From NCBI GenBank assembly GCA_965222115.1, contig CBDCTJ010000007.1, positions 640,001 to 704,000 of the forward strand: DNA of 64,000 nt. The letters are read 5' to 3'. Positions 9,619 through 19,341 of this stretch are shown in pieces. The translations under genes and the position numbers were made by a program. The DNA is from Planctomycetota bacterium (GTDB lineage Bacteria; Planctomycetota; PLA2; JAEUHO01). The notes under the pieces were generated by a model. It saw only the letters and a list, made by a program, of their open reading frames with translations, had not been told where the DNA came from and made no database searches. Numbering within the stretch: position 1 is the stretch's first letter; every line of letters begins with the position of its first letter.

Positions 9619-11461
9619 GCTGTTCGCGGAGCGCGGTCTCATCGTCTTGTTGGCGACGTCGATCCCGCTCGTGCTTGCCGCAGTCTTGGTGGCCGCAAGC
9701 AGGCGACCCCTTCACCGGGAGCGAACCGCGGAGCTCGGGATCGTCGGGGCTGCGCTCGTGTTCATCCTCATGTTCGTTCCAATGCCCGGCCCCGTCGGCC
9801 AGTTGACGATGCCGGCCTCACGTTCGCCTACCGGAGTTGCTTACGCCGTGCCGGAGTCACGGCGTCCAGCCGTCACCGTCGGACATGAGTCGAAGTACGT
9901 CCCGATGGCGCGCCACGTCCCCTCGCAAGACTCGGCGATGGGGAGTCGGAAAGCGGTGGCTATAGCGTTCGTCTGTGCCTCGCTCGCTATGCTCGCGTTG
10001 TTTGCCGGCAGTCTGTTGGCGCTGGCCCGACTTGCGCGCCATGGCCGTCCGCTGCCGGTGTGGCTCTCCGCGCGTCTGCCAACGACACCCCGACATGTGC
10101 AGGTGCTCCTCTGCGATCGGAGCCTTCGCCCGGTCTGTTTTCGCCTCCGGCGGATCTACATTTTGCTGCCATCCCATCTCGCACAACCCGGCAACGCAGC
10201 CATGCTCCATAGCGTTGTGGAGCACGAACTCGCGCACGTTCAGCTCGGGCACGCGCACTGGCGTCAGGTGATTGCCGCGTGCTCCGTGGTCCTGTTCCCG
10301 CACCCTGTCTACTGGTGGCTTACGGCAAGGCAGCGTGAGGCTGCCGAATTACTCGCCGATGAAGCGGCTTCCTTGCGCGTCGGCAAGAAGTCCTATGTCG
10401 AGCACCTGATCGAGCTTGTGGAGCAGCTTCGGGCGAGGCAGGCAAAACGCGTCTCATCGCCCTTGTCCACGCTCTCGGTGCTCAGTGTACGCGACAAGGT
10501 TGATGGCCACTTCTCGTTAAGGATGAGGACTCTGCTTATGCGGTCGAAGATGCTTCGTTCTCGGTTCACACCACTCCAGTTCGCCACGCGCGCGATCGCG
10601 TTCGGCGGGCTGCTCGGAGTGATCACGTTGGCACTCGGTCGGCCGATCTTTGCGGAGGATGCAGGGAGCCCAGGCTTGGCAGCGGCGCCCGAGAATCCCC
10701 TGGAACGAGTGCAGGTACGCCGGGATGTCTGGAAGAAGATCCTATTGGTCCATGAGCGCGCGAAAGACCAGGCGGGAATGGAGCATGCCGACTTTGCACT
10801 CGAAGCACTGCAGGGCAGTGGCGTCAGTTCCGGTTCGACACCCGAACTTCTGCCCGGTACATCCGGGCGGCGCTTGATCGACTCCGTTAAGCGGGCTGCG
10901 CGGGGACTCGTAGAGTCTGGCGACTCGGTCTCGGCCGTGGCCTGTTCGGCGCTTGCAACGTACTACACAGCGCGTTGCCAGAAGTCGCCCCTGGCGCTTG
11001 ACCGGTTGGACCATAAGACGGCGAGTGGGCGACGATCTCTTCTGCGACGGGCGTGGCTCGACCGAGACGACATGCGCGAACATCCTGCTACCTCGCTCGT
11101 GCGCGCGATCTACCAGATGGAGTACGACGCTGTGCGTCTTGAGGAGCGTGGACGGAGAGCGGTTGAGCCCACGCCTTCGCGGTTACGGCTCGTCGCGAGT
11201 CCACTTCGTGCTGCGAGCATTCTGGCAGCCACCGAAAAGCCTGCGATCGGGCGTGCGCTTGCACGCTTGGCGAGCTTCTATTGGAACCGTGCGGACGAAC
11301 TCGAGGAGCGCGCGGTGCTGCGCGAGAGGCTACAGGCAGATATCGATAGATTTGAGGCTGAACTTGCGGCTCTGACACAGCGGCCCAAGACCGCCAAGAC
11401 CACCCGCCGCATTGCCGAGCTGAATCAGCAACTCGAAGCGCTGCGCGCGGCCTTTCGGTAA
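9611..11461 (+). CDS. M56 family (BlaR1/MecR1-like) membrane metallopeptidase
   Basis: N-terminal TM helices, HELAH zinc motif, FPHPVYWW...E.LADE; C-terminal domain not recognised. Confidence 0.88.
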   Translation: MLELFAERGLIVLLATSIPLVLAAVLVAASRRPLHRERTAELGIVGAALVFILMFVPMPGPVGQLTMPASRSPTGVAYAVPESRRPAVTVGHESKYVPMARHVPSQDSAMGSRKAVAIAFVCASLAMLALFAGSLLALARLARHGRPLPVWLSARLPTTPRHVQVLLCDRSLRPVCFRLRRIYILLPSHLAQPGNAAMLHSVVEHELAHVQLGHAHWRQVIAACSVVLFPHPVYWWLTARQREAAELLADEAASLRVGKKSYVEHLIELVEQLRARQAKRVSSPLSTLSVLSVRDKVDGHFSLRMRTLLMRSKMLRSRFTPLQFATRAIAFGGLLGVITLALGRPIFAEDAGSPGLAAAPENPLERVQVRRDVWKKILLVHERAKDQAGMEHADFALEALQGSGVSSGSTPELLPGTSGRRLIDSVKRAARGLVESGDSVSAVACSALATYYTARCQKSPLALDRLDHKTASGRRSLLRRAWLDRDDMREHPATSLVRAIYQMEYDAVRLEERGRRAVEPTPSRLRLVASPLRAASILAATEKPAIGRALARLASFYWNRADELEERAVLRERLQADIDRFEAELAALTQRPKTAKTTRRIAELNQQLEALRAAFR

Positions 11462-11721
11462 GCAACGACGAATGGAATAGGACTCGCGCAGCGAATTCCC
11501 GATGGCAATCTACCGAGTCTTCGGTCTCAGTGGCTGGAGCTTTATCACCAGCGATCCGGCGCCGTTGTCAAGTCCCTCCGAGCCGCTCTGCTCCGCGGTG
11601 CCGAAGTGATAAAACTCCGGTACTCGTTCGCAGCGGCGGCCAATGCTCCAATGAGTTCCGCGTGCCCACCACGGGCCGATTGAGCGCCCCGAAACAAAGG
11701 CTCGCGATATTCTCCTTACTT

Positions 11722-12648
11722 ATGCAGGCACAAGCACCGAGCGGGCAACCACTACGCGCGCGCTTGCGCTGCATATTCTTCGCGCTCATATTCTCGTTGT
11801 GTGCCTTTGCATCATGCGGAACGCCTTCAAAGGCGCCTGCAACGAATCTCCACCTAATGACATTTAACATTCGATGGGAGATACCCGGTCGCGATGGGGC
11901 CAATGGATGGCCGCATCGGCGGGAGATGGTTTTCGACATCCTGCGTAAGGACGCCCTCGATGTTGTGGGCCTGCAAGAGGCCACACCCGACCAGCTAACC
12001 GACGTGCTCACCGCCGTACCCACGCTAAAGGCGCACAGCACGGACCCTATCATGAACGGAATTGCGATTCTCTATCGCCAGGATCGCTTCGACCTTGCGG
12101 ACCACGGCGCCTTTTGGTTCTCTCCCACGCCCGACGTGCCCGATTCGAGAGACTGGAGTGGCGCCAACCGTCGTCATGTGTGTGCGTGGGTACGACTCAC
12201 TGAGCGCCAAACGGATCGCACGTTTTACGTCTACAACGTTCACCTCGATCTACTTGCATTGTCACGCGAGAAGAGCGTGATTCTGCTCTGTGAACGCGTG
12301 CGCGCCCAAACTCCCAAAGCGCCCGCCATTCTTCTTGGTGACTTCAACTTCTCCGAACACGCATCTCCCGCACGCTACATGCGGGGCGAGATCGAGCTCG
12401 ACGCAGGCCGGGGAGCCAGGCGGGTCGCGACTCGTTGGGTTGACTCGTTTCGCGTCGTCCATACCGACACCAAGGACGTGAGTACAACGAGTTGGTTTCG
12501 AGGCGTGACACGCGGCAACAAAATCGATTACATCTTTGTTGCACCGGGTACGCACGTGATCGACGCGTCCATCAACCGCACACACGTTGATGGGCGTTAC
12601 CCCTCCGATCATTATCCTGTTACGGCTACCGTCATATTACCGGATTGA
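11722..12648 (+). CDS. Endonuclease/exonuclease/phosphatase family protein (likely lipoprotein)
   Basis: MTFNIR, DVVGLQE, NVHLD, LGDFN, IDYIF and SDHYPV motifs; hydrophobic signal ending AFASC. Confidence 0.9.
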   Translation: MQAQAPSGQPLRARLRCIFFALIFSLCAFASCGTPSKAPATNLHLMTFNIRWEIPGRDGANGWPHRREMVFDILRKDALDVVGLQEATPDQLTDVLTAVPTLKAHSTDPIMNGIAILYRQDRFDLADHGAFWFSPTPDVPDSRDWSGANRRHVCAWVRLTERQTDRTFYVYNVHLDLLALSREKSVILLCERVRAQTPKAPAILLGDFNFSEHASPARYMRGEIELDAGRGARRVATRWVDSFRVVHTDTKDVSTTSWFRGVTRGNKIDYIFVAPGTHVIDASINRTHVDGRYPSDHYPVTATVILPD

Positions 12649-12665
12649 AGCATCACAAGATGCCG

Positions 12666-13036
12666 TGCCGCATTATGGGTTTGCGATGATGCGTGGGCGA
12701 ACCTGCGTGCCGTGCGCGACGTACATCAGTCTGGACAGAGACTGCGCCTTTCTGAAGCTGTCCTTCAGCTCGCCAGCATTACAACGCCGTGTACCACCCA
12801 AGATTGAATTTGAAGCGGAGGGTCCATACGGTCCCGCGAAGTTTCGTTGGCTTACGGCGATTGGACGATCCGTTCACAACCGCGTGATCATTCACATCGG
12901 CCTCATGGATTGGGAGGTTACAGAGCCAAAAGACAGAGAGATTGACGAGTGGGACTTGCTGGCTACACACGGCTACCTCCAACCGAGTGCAGGCGGACTG
13001 GAATACGTGGTATCGACGGTCTTTTCGTGGCCGTAG
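12666..13036 (+). pseudogene. 5'-truncated diverged duplicate of the 3' part of gene 801-1745
   Basis: YGFAMMRGRTCVPCATYI...GLEYV..T.FSW aligns to ~1385-1745; similarity continues through non-coding DNA to the repeat at 13131. Confidence 0.85.
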
Positions 13037-13130
13037 GAAGCGCGCGGCGTTCCGAGGAAACTCTGCGCAACGCAAATGCCAGTTCCGGTGTGCGCATGTG
13101 TAGAGCCTGCGATTCACGCGGATTACATCG

Positions 13131-13208
13131 AAAAGTGTGGATTTTGCCCGTACACCGTATCTTCACCGTATCTTCCGTACACCGTATCTTCGAATCTCAC
13201 CGAATCTT
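13131..13208 (+). repeat. Dispersed repeat copy 4 with multiple 3' stutters
   Basis: Core, then CACCGTATCTT at 13153, 13164 and 13180, CGAATCT at 13191 and CACCGAATCTT at 13198. Confidence 0.95.
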
Positions 13209-13241
13209 TGGTGGATGCACCACCGAGGGGAGAAGATCCGC

Positions 13242-13730
13242 CTAGGCGAAGGGGAACGCCTCAACCTGCGCGGAGAGGTCGGGCCGTCCGACCAGGGCGA
13301 TAACGCCCGGCGATGAGTTTGCGTCCTGAAGATCGAAGTCCAGTGCGCAGTCCCTGAAGAACTCAAGTGCGTCCTCAATGCTCTCATCAGCGTGCCAGGT
13401 GGTCATCGTGAAGGTGGGGCCAGGCGCCCCGTCGACCTTACGTTCAATGAGCGCCTCGTCCATCATGTCGTGGAGGCGTTCACAGTCCGGTCCCCACGCC
13501 GAGAAGTAGGCAAGTCCCTGCTTGATCGCAAGGTCGGCAAAGATGTTCCACGCGGCGAAGCCGTCTTCCGCCACGTCTCTGTCGTCGATAACGATGAACA
13601 GGCTGAATCTCTGACCATCGAGCGGGAGGTCGGTCGGCCATGCGCCAAGGTCGTCGAGTAGCAGCAGCACGTACGGTCGCGTAGACGTGGCAGAGTCTGT
13701 TGGTCTAGGTAGATGTCGCAGTTCCGGCAT
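13242..13730 (-). CDS. Conserved hypothetical protein
   Basis: GLAYFSAWGPDCERLHDMMDE...MTTWHADESIEDALEFF looks like a recurrent uncharacterised family; start uncertain. Confidence 0.7.
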   Translation of the reverse strand: MPELRHLPRPTDSATSTRPYVLLLLDDLGAWPTDLPLDGQRFSLFIVIDDRDVAEDGFAAWNIFADLAIKQGLAYFSAWGPDCERLHDMMDEALIERKVDGAPGPTFTMTTWHADESIEDALEFFRDCALDFDLQDANSSPGVIALVGRPDLSAQVEAFPFA

Positions 13731-13806
13731 GGACGTAGTGTAGTCACAGGCGCGACCGAGGGCTGTGTTCCCTCTGCGGTTGTCGTTCACGAACTACGAG
13801 GCGCAG

Positions 13807-14970
13807 TCATGCTTTGATGTCGTGGAGCAAACGCTTGGCTGCTACCGCCCGAATATGCTTTGAGAGCGGGTAAGTCTCGTCTCCGGCGTGGATGACGTCG
13901 ATCCTGGTTAGGCCGAGAGAGTCCATGGCAGAGCGCATCGACTTTGTGATGCGCGGGGCCGTCGTCCGCTTGAACTCGAATCCGCGCCGCTTACCGCTTG
14001 CTTCGACGAGAAGGTCGAGCTCTGCACCCGTGTGTGTGGCCCAGAAGTAGCATTGGCGATCTCGTACGCCGAGTCGGTGAATCACCGCTTCCAGCAAGAG
14101 CCCTTCCCAGGAGGCGCCGAGTTTGGGATGTCTCTCTAGTGACCGCTTCGAGTCCACGCCGAGGAAGTTGTGCAAGATACCGGTATCACGTAGATAGACC
14201 TTTGGTGACTTGACCTGTCGCTTCCCGATGTTGGCGAAGTAGGGGCGCAGAACCCGCACCATGTAAGTCGCCTCGAACGCTTCGAGATATCGTCGCGTCA
14301 CATGGTGGGATACACCGAAGGAGCGCGCGAGTTCCGAAGCGTTCCACGTCTGGCCGTGGTAATGCGCCAACATCGCCCAGAACCTCTCAAGTGTTGTCGC
14401 CGGGATCGAGATCCCAAGCTGCGGGACATCGCGCTCCAAGAAGGTTCTCACGAAGTCCGCTCGCCAACGGTCACTGTCGGCATTCGAACGGGCAAGGAAA
14501 GATCTCGGGAAGCCGCCACGCAGCCAGAGCCGATCCAGGCGTTTCATCCCGACCTCGTCGAGTGTGAATCCCGAGAGTTCGTGAAAGGCGATGCGGCCGG
14601 CAAGGGTCTCTGAGCCTTGTCGAAGGAGTTCCGGGGAGGCGCTGCCAAGTACAAGGAACCTAGCGGGCGTCCTTGGCCGATCGGCGAGTACGCGAAGCGC
14701 GGGAAACAACTCCGGTCGGCGTTGAATCTCGTCCAGTACAACGATGCCGCGCAGACTACGTAGTGCGAGTTCCGGGTCCTCCAGGCGGGCCACATCGGCT
14801 GCGCGTTCGAGGTCGAAGAACGTCGTCGGGTGCGACTGTCCGGCCAAGAACGTGCGAGCGAGGGTCGTCTTGCCTACTTGGCGGGCGCCCAGCAGGGCAA
14901 CCACCGGGCTGCGTTTGAGCAGTCGGCGTAAGATCGCGGACTGGCGGGAACGATTGATCACGGGCGCCAA
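13807..14970 (-). CDS. AAA_14/DUF4143 family ATPase with C-terminal PD-(D/E)XK-like domain
   Basis: Walker A GARQVGKT, Walker B VVLDEIQ, LGSAS, GGFP, KSPKVYLRDTG, ELDLLVE...GFEFK. Confidence 0.92.
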   Translation of the reverse strand: MAPVINRSRQSAILRRLLKRSPVVALLGARQVGKTTLARTFLAGQSHPTTFFDLERAADVARLEDPELALRSLRGIVVLDEIQRRPELFPALRVLADRPRTPARFLVLGSASPELLRQGSETLAGRIAFHELSGFTLDEVGMKRLDRLWLRGGFPRSFLARSNADSDRWRADFVRTFLERDVPQLGISIPATTLERFWAMLAHYHGQTWNASELARSFGVSHHVTRRYLEAFEATYMVRVLRPYFANIGKRQVKSPKVYLRDTGILHNFLGVDSKRSLERHPKLGASWEGLLLEAVIHRLGVRDRQCYFWATHTGAELDLLVEASGKRRGFEFKRTTAPRITKSMRSAMDSLGLTRIDVIHAGDETYPLSKHIRAVAAKRLLHDIKA

Positions 14971-14974
14971 GTTA

Positions 14975-15011
14975 CCATGAAAATTGGACGACGATCATCC
15001 AATATTCATGG
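14975..15011. promoter_or_regulatory. Inverted repeat just upstream of the ATPase gene
   Basis: CCATGAAAATTGGA-N9-TCCAATATTCATGG (14-bp arms, one mismatch). Confidence 0.6.
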
Positions 15012-15111
15012 ATTGAATTCTTGGCTGGGTGGTTTCCTTGGCGTGTTCGGGCGCGGTGCCACGTCGCGTCCGAGAGGATAGACACCAAGGATCACGCCTT
15101 CCGCCGCTCGC

Positions 15112-15456
15112 CTACCACGGAAGCCATGTTTGCGGTCCCCACGAAAGTATCGCAACGGTGCCGGCCAATATGAGGAGGAGCAAGGCGGGGACGACCTTTG
15201 AGATTGGATGTCTGACTTTCAGGTGGTTTGCAATGGCTCCCAGCATGAGTGCGATTAGTCCGAGTGCTGCCCAGAAGCGAGTGGCGTTGAAGAAGAGGGC
15301 GGCCGCGCCGAGAACCTCTAGTGCGCCGACGGCAAGGATGCTCCATCGCGGGAGGCCGAACTCTTGGAACTGCGCAACAAGGGGTTTCGCCCTTAGGAGT
15401 TTGGCGGCGCCGGCGATGACGAATGCGATTGCCATGAGTCCCGCAAGAATCATCAT
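15112..15456 (-). CDS. DoxX family membrane protein
   Basis: F..AGAAKL......F..FGLP.W....VGALEVLGA...MLGAIANHL. Confidence 0.85.
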   Translation of the reverse strand: MMILAGLMAIAFVIAGAAKLLRAKPLVAQFQEFGLPRWSILAVGALEVLGAAALFFNATRFWAALGLIALMLGAIANHLKVRHPISKVVPALLLLILAGTVAILSWGPQTWLPW

Positions 15457-15527
15457 TTGAAGTCGCCCCGTAGGAGCGCCCGCCGCGCATGAGCGTGTAG
15501 GCGGACGCTCGGGAAATATGTGCTGTG

Positions 15528-16769
15528 CTAGAACTTCCCGTTGTCGTTCTTCCATTCGGATCGTCGCGGAATGGGGGAGATGACATCCCAGTGTTCGACG
15601 ATGCGCCCGTTCTCGACGCGGAATAGATCGTAGAACGCCGTGTGGTCACCCTTTCCGAACTGACCTTCGCTCATCGTCAGGACGAAGTTCCCCTGGCCCA
15701 AGACCTTGTGCGTCTTCGTGTACTTCATCACGAGGCCGTTGTCGGCGAAGTATTTCAGCGCCGCGCCGAGGCCATCGAGTCCGTCGGCGATTGCGGGATT
15801 GTGTTGGTGGTATTTTTCGGGGTTGATAAAGGCGGTGAGATTGTCCGTCTTTCCGCCGATCAAGACCTCGTGTACGAACGCCTTTACCAGTTGCTTGTTG
15901 GCTTCGGTTTTGTCGAGATCAGTAACCTCGGTGGGGCCGTCGGTCTGCGTTCGTCCGCTTGGATTGGGTGGCTGGATCGCCGCGAGGTTGTCCCAGTGTT
16001 CCACAATGCGGCCATCCTCGAAACGAAACACGTCAAACCCGATCTTGGGACCGAAGAAGTCGTAGATCGTGTGTGCGACCACGAAGTCGCCGTCCTCGAA
16101 TGCACGAACGACTTCGGCCTTGAAACCTTCAGGGGGCGCGGTTTTCAGAAGCGCGCCGAATCCTTCTAGCCCGTCAGCAACCGCCAGGTTGTGCTGAGTG
16201 TACTTATCCGGGTTGATGTGTGCCTCGGGACCGGTGTCTCCGGTCTCAAGAGACTTGAGCAGGGCGACAGCTTTATCCTTGTTCGACATGGGTGCTCCAA
16301 ATGTGTGTCGTCTCGGCAGCGATGCGTTCCCTACGTAACGTTTCATTTTCATCGTCTCTGCCTTGATCGACGCCATGAACTGTTTCGTGGCGGGCGCGCT
16401 GGCGAAACTCGCCATCGAAGCGTCCGCATCCTTGGTGGATCGCCAATGGACAATGACCAACCATTGGCCGTCGGCGCTCGCGGCCGACTGTCGGGCCAGG
16501 AACCCCGGCTGTTTCGACACGTGTTGCGTTGCCACCGCGTCATCGAGTGGACGGAACTCGTCGGGCGAAACGCCGTCCTTCAGCGTAAAGGTGACGATCT
16601 CAATGACTGGGCCTGCGGCGTCGTGTGTCTGCGTCTCTGGTCGACTCGGCACGTCCCTGCCGCATCCTAGCGACGCAGCAAGCACACCAATCATCACAGC
16701 GAAGTAGGCGGGCGGAATCCGAACGCATGTGCCGCGGCTCGCGGGATCGGATAAGGTCGATGTACCCAT
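15528..16769 (-). CDS. Lipoprotein: ABM/Dabb-like domain fused to tandem SnoaL/NTF2-like domains
   Basis: Lipobox-like ASLGC; IEIVTFTLK...KQPGFLARQ...VHW; two repeats of Y.QHN..ADG..G...FD.FR.E.GRIVEHWD. Start uncertain. Confidence 0.8.
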   Translation of the reverse strand: MGTSTLSDPASRGTCVRIPPAYFAVMIGVLAASLGCGRDVPSRPETQTHDAAGPVIEIVTFTLKDGVSPDEFRPLDDAVATQHVSKQPGFLARQSAASADGQWLVIVHWRSTKDADASMASFASAPATKQFMASIKAETMKMKRYVGNASLPRRHTFGAPMSNKDKAVALLKSLETGDTGPEAHINPDKYTQHNLAVADGLEGFGALLKTAPPEGFKAEVVRAFEDGDFVVAHTIYDFFGPKIGFDVFRFEDGRIVEHWDNLAAIQPPNPSGRTQTDGPTEVTDLDKTEANKQLVKAFVHEVLIGGKTDNLTAFINPEKYHQHNPAIADGLDGLGAALKYFADNGLVMKYTKTHKVLGQGNFVLTMSEGQFGKGDHTAFYDLFRVENGRIVEHWDVISPIPRRSEWKNDNGKF

Positions 16770-16907
16770 GGTCTGTGTCTCCGCGCCGTTTCGAAAGTGG
16801 ACGGGCGAGATGGTGTATCGAGTTCCGAGGCGCTCAAGGTCGATTGGCGACAATCAATGGTCAAAACACGACTTGGCGGCCCTCGTCAGCTTCGTGAAGG
16901 CGTTGAA

Positions 16908-17801
16908 TCAACTGGACGGGAGTGCGCGACGAAATGCCTCTGGTGTTGTTCCCGTCATGCGCCGAAAAAACTTTACGAAGTTCGTAGCCTCGGTGAATCC
17001 CAGCGTGAGGCCAATACCTTCCACGGAGTCGCGACTTGTGCTCAGCATACGCTTCGCTTCAAGTGCCGATCGTTCGTCAATCATGCGTTTGGGTGTGGGT
17101 CGGCCGATTTGCTTGCACGCGCGCGCGATTGTTCGATCACTTAGATGTAGTTGGGATGCGTACCACGTCAGGTTGCGCGACGTCGTGAAGCACCGGTCGA
17201 TTAGCGCCTCAAACTCCGCTACGATCTCGCGTGCTCGAACCGTACTCGGGGGCTCGTTCGCATCCGCCTGATTGAGTAGCGCCTCAACGCCGCCAAGGAT
17301 GATCCGAAGTAGGTGTGGCCCAAGGCCGCCTGATTGCAGCGATCCGTTGCCTGCGTCAAGTGAGAGCTGCGCTTCGAGCATCGCCACAAGAAACGAGAAG
17401 TCGTCTTTGCTCGGGCGCACGATTCGGTCCAACCTCCGGTTGATCGTGCGGATCAGGTGGCTGCCCTCTTCAAGTGCGTCCGTCCGAAAGAACAGAAGGA
17501 GAGCGTCGTGCGTTGACGTCGCGTCGAACGATTGAACCTGTCCGGGTTGCACGTGGTGGAACTCACCCTCTTGAAACTCCAGGGCCTCAAAGTCAACCCA
17601 GTGGCGTCCATGCCCGCTAGTAACGAACTGGATCATGTGGAATTGGATCCGGTTTGGCGCACTGATGGCGCGCGCCATTCTCCGTTCTCGGAGTTCGGCT
17701 AGCGAAACCACATCCACCGCGCTGGACTTTCGCTTCGAGTGACTGAATACGAGATTCTCGATGCTCGTCGTTTGTGACCTGCGTGGTATGCCTTCAGACA
17801 T
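16908..17801 (-). CDS. AraC family transcriptional regulator
   Basis: N-terminal cupin-like region; C-terminal YASQLHLS...EAKRML...IGLTLGFTEATNFVKFFRRMTGTTP. Confidence 0.92.
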   Translation of the reverse strand: MSEGIPRRSQTTSIENLVFSHSKRKSSAVDVVSLAELRERRMARAISAPNRIQFHMIQFVTSGHGRHWVDFEALEFQEGEFHHVQPGQVQSFDATSTHDALLLFFRTDALEEGSHLIRTINRRLDRIVRPSKDDFSFLVAMLEAQLSLDAGNGSLQSGGLGPHLLRIILGGVEALLNQADANEPPSTVRAREIVAEFEALIDRCFTTSRNLTWYASQLHLSDRTIARACKQIGRPTPKRMIDERSALEAKRMLSTSRDSVEGIGLTLGFTEATNFVKFFRRMTGTTPEAFRRALPSS

Positions 17802-17849
17802 GGCAGACCTCTATCGCCACATCTCTCCGGTGTCCAGGCGCAAACCACA

Positions 17850-17990
17850 CTGATCGCAAAAGGTGAGGCCGTTTCGATGGCAGCGATTGCGGTTGGCTAT
17901 TCAAGTGCGTCACAGTTTAGTAGAGAGTTTCGACGCCAGTTTGGTACTCCTCCAAGCGAGTGGGTAAAGTCGTTAAACGTATCCCTTTGA
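17850..17990 (+). pseudogene. C-terminal remnant of a second AraC-type HTH
   Basis: Manual translation LIAKGEAVSMAAIAVGYSSASQFSREFRRQFGTPPSEWVKSLNVSL*; the upstream gene body is missing. Confidence 0.8.
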
Positions 17991-18100
17991 GAATTCGGTC
18001 TGTGACGGATCTATCGCACCTCATGTTCATAGTCTAGAGCTTGCTAAGGCCGGGAGAGCCGACATGAACCCTGCACCCAACGAGATTGGCGGCGCGCGGG

Positions 18101-18637
18101 TCATTCATTGGTCTGCGCTTGATAGCCGCGGGGTTCTCGAAGAACTTCGACGGCCTTGAATTTGCGCTCCCCGAAACGTGCTGCCGCAACCAACGCGAGG
18201 CCCAATACGAACGCGACGAGCCCCACGTTTCGGCTAAGCGTCACGCAGGGCGTAGCACGTTCGTACATTTCCGGTCCCAAATCCCAAGCGGCGTGCCACG
18301 TGACTGCCAGAGACAAATCGCACGCAGTCCGCAACGCCAATGCAGAGGCGGCAATCACAAATCCTCCGGCCGTGGCGGATGAAGTTAATCCGCGCGCCAC
18401 TCGGTAGACCCAAGGTATGAAGAGTACGCCGAACGCCGCGAGCAAGTACAGATCGATCCGTAGGTGGTGGTGGATGTCTCGTATCTGAACGGGTTCACGT
18501 GCAGGATCTCGGTAAATCCTCCAGCAAAAGATATTTACGAAACTTGCAAGGAGAGCCAAGTACCCAGCGATGATGATTAGCGTCACGCATGGGCCCGTGC
18601 CAAGTGTAAACGCATCTCGCTCGTTTCGCTTCCGCAT
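18101..18637 (-). CDS. Hypothetical membrane protein
   Basis: About four hydrophobic segments; start uncertain. Confidence 0.55.
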   Translation of the reverse strand: MRKRNERDAFTLGTGPCVTLIIIAGYLALLASFVNIFCWRIYRDPAREPVQIRDIHHHLRIDLYLLAAFGVLFIPWVYRVARGLTSSATAGGFVIAASALALRTACDLSLAVTWHAAWDLGPEMYERATPCVTLSRNVGLVAFVLGLALVAAARFGERKFKAVEVLREPRGYQAQTNE

Positions 18638-18729
18638 GTAGATGTTGATCGTACTGTTTGAGCGCGCGATGCCGACTGGAAACGCCTTTGTGCGTGCGCT
18701 TTGGTTAGTGCGAGACACGGCCCGACAGT

Positions 18730-19176
18730 TCACGACGCATCGGACGACTCTGGCGGCCACGCGCCGATCCAATGGCGTAAGGCAACGATCTTGCCGAAGT
18801 GATACGCGTTATGTACAGCCACACTGTTCAACTCGTCGGCCAAGGTCACGCCGGGCTCGACTTCTTCGGCGAGGCGCAGAGGCTTCTGTCCCAAGTCTGC
18901 GGCGGCGCGAGCCCCGGTGAGGAACAGTTGCACGAGTTCGTGCCACTGGTTCTCGTGTTCCGGAACCTCGGTTGGGAAGAGCTCGTCGGGTGGTGCGCCA
19001 CCTGGGGCAACGATGCTCTGCTGGTATCCCACAAGGTGCCACAACTCCTCGTAGATGGAGTGCGACGTGCCCTCAGGCCGGTGAGTTACCTGTTCGAGCG
19101 TCAATTCTGACAAGAGGCGCGCTCTCTCTGCAAACTCACCGACGAGAAACAAGTGTTCGAAGATTGGCGTGCCCAC
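18730..19176 (-). CDS. DinB/YfiT family protein
   Basis: HSIYEELWHL and HNAYHFGKI His motifs. Confidence 0.85.
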   Translation of the reverse strand: MGTPIFEHLFLVGEFAERARLLSELTLEQVTHRPEGTSHSIYEELWHLVGYQQSIVAPGGAPPDELFPTEVPEHENQWHELVQLFLTGARAAADLGQKPLRLAEEVEPGVTLADELNSVAVHNAYHFGKIVALRHWIGAWPPESSDAS

Positions 19177-19341
19177 TTTGCCTCCTTCCGCTTGTTGCGT
19201 TTACGTCAGCTACGAGTCGTATGAACTTCGTACGGACACCTCACGTCCGCAACGAACTTCTGTCAAGTGTTCGCCGTGTAGCGGACGAAATGCGACGGTG
19301 CAACAATCATCCTGCTCAGTCGCGCGATGCTGCCTTGCGCG

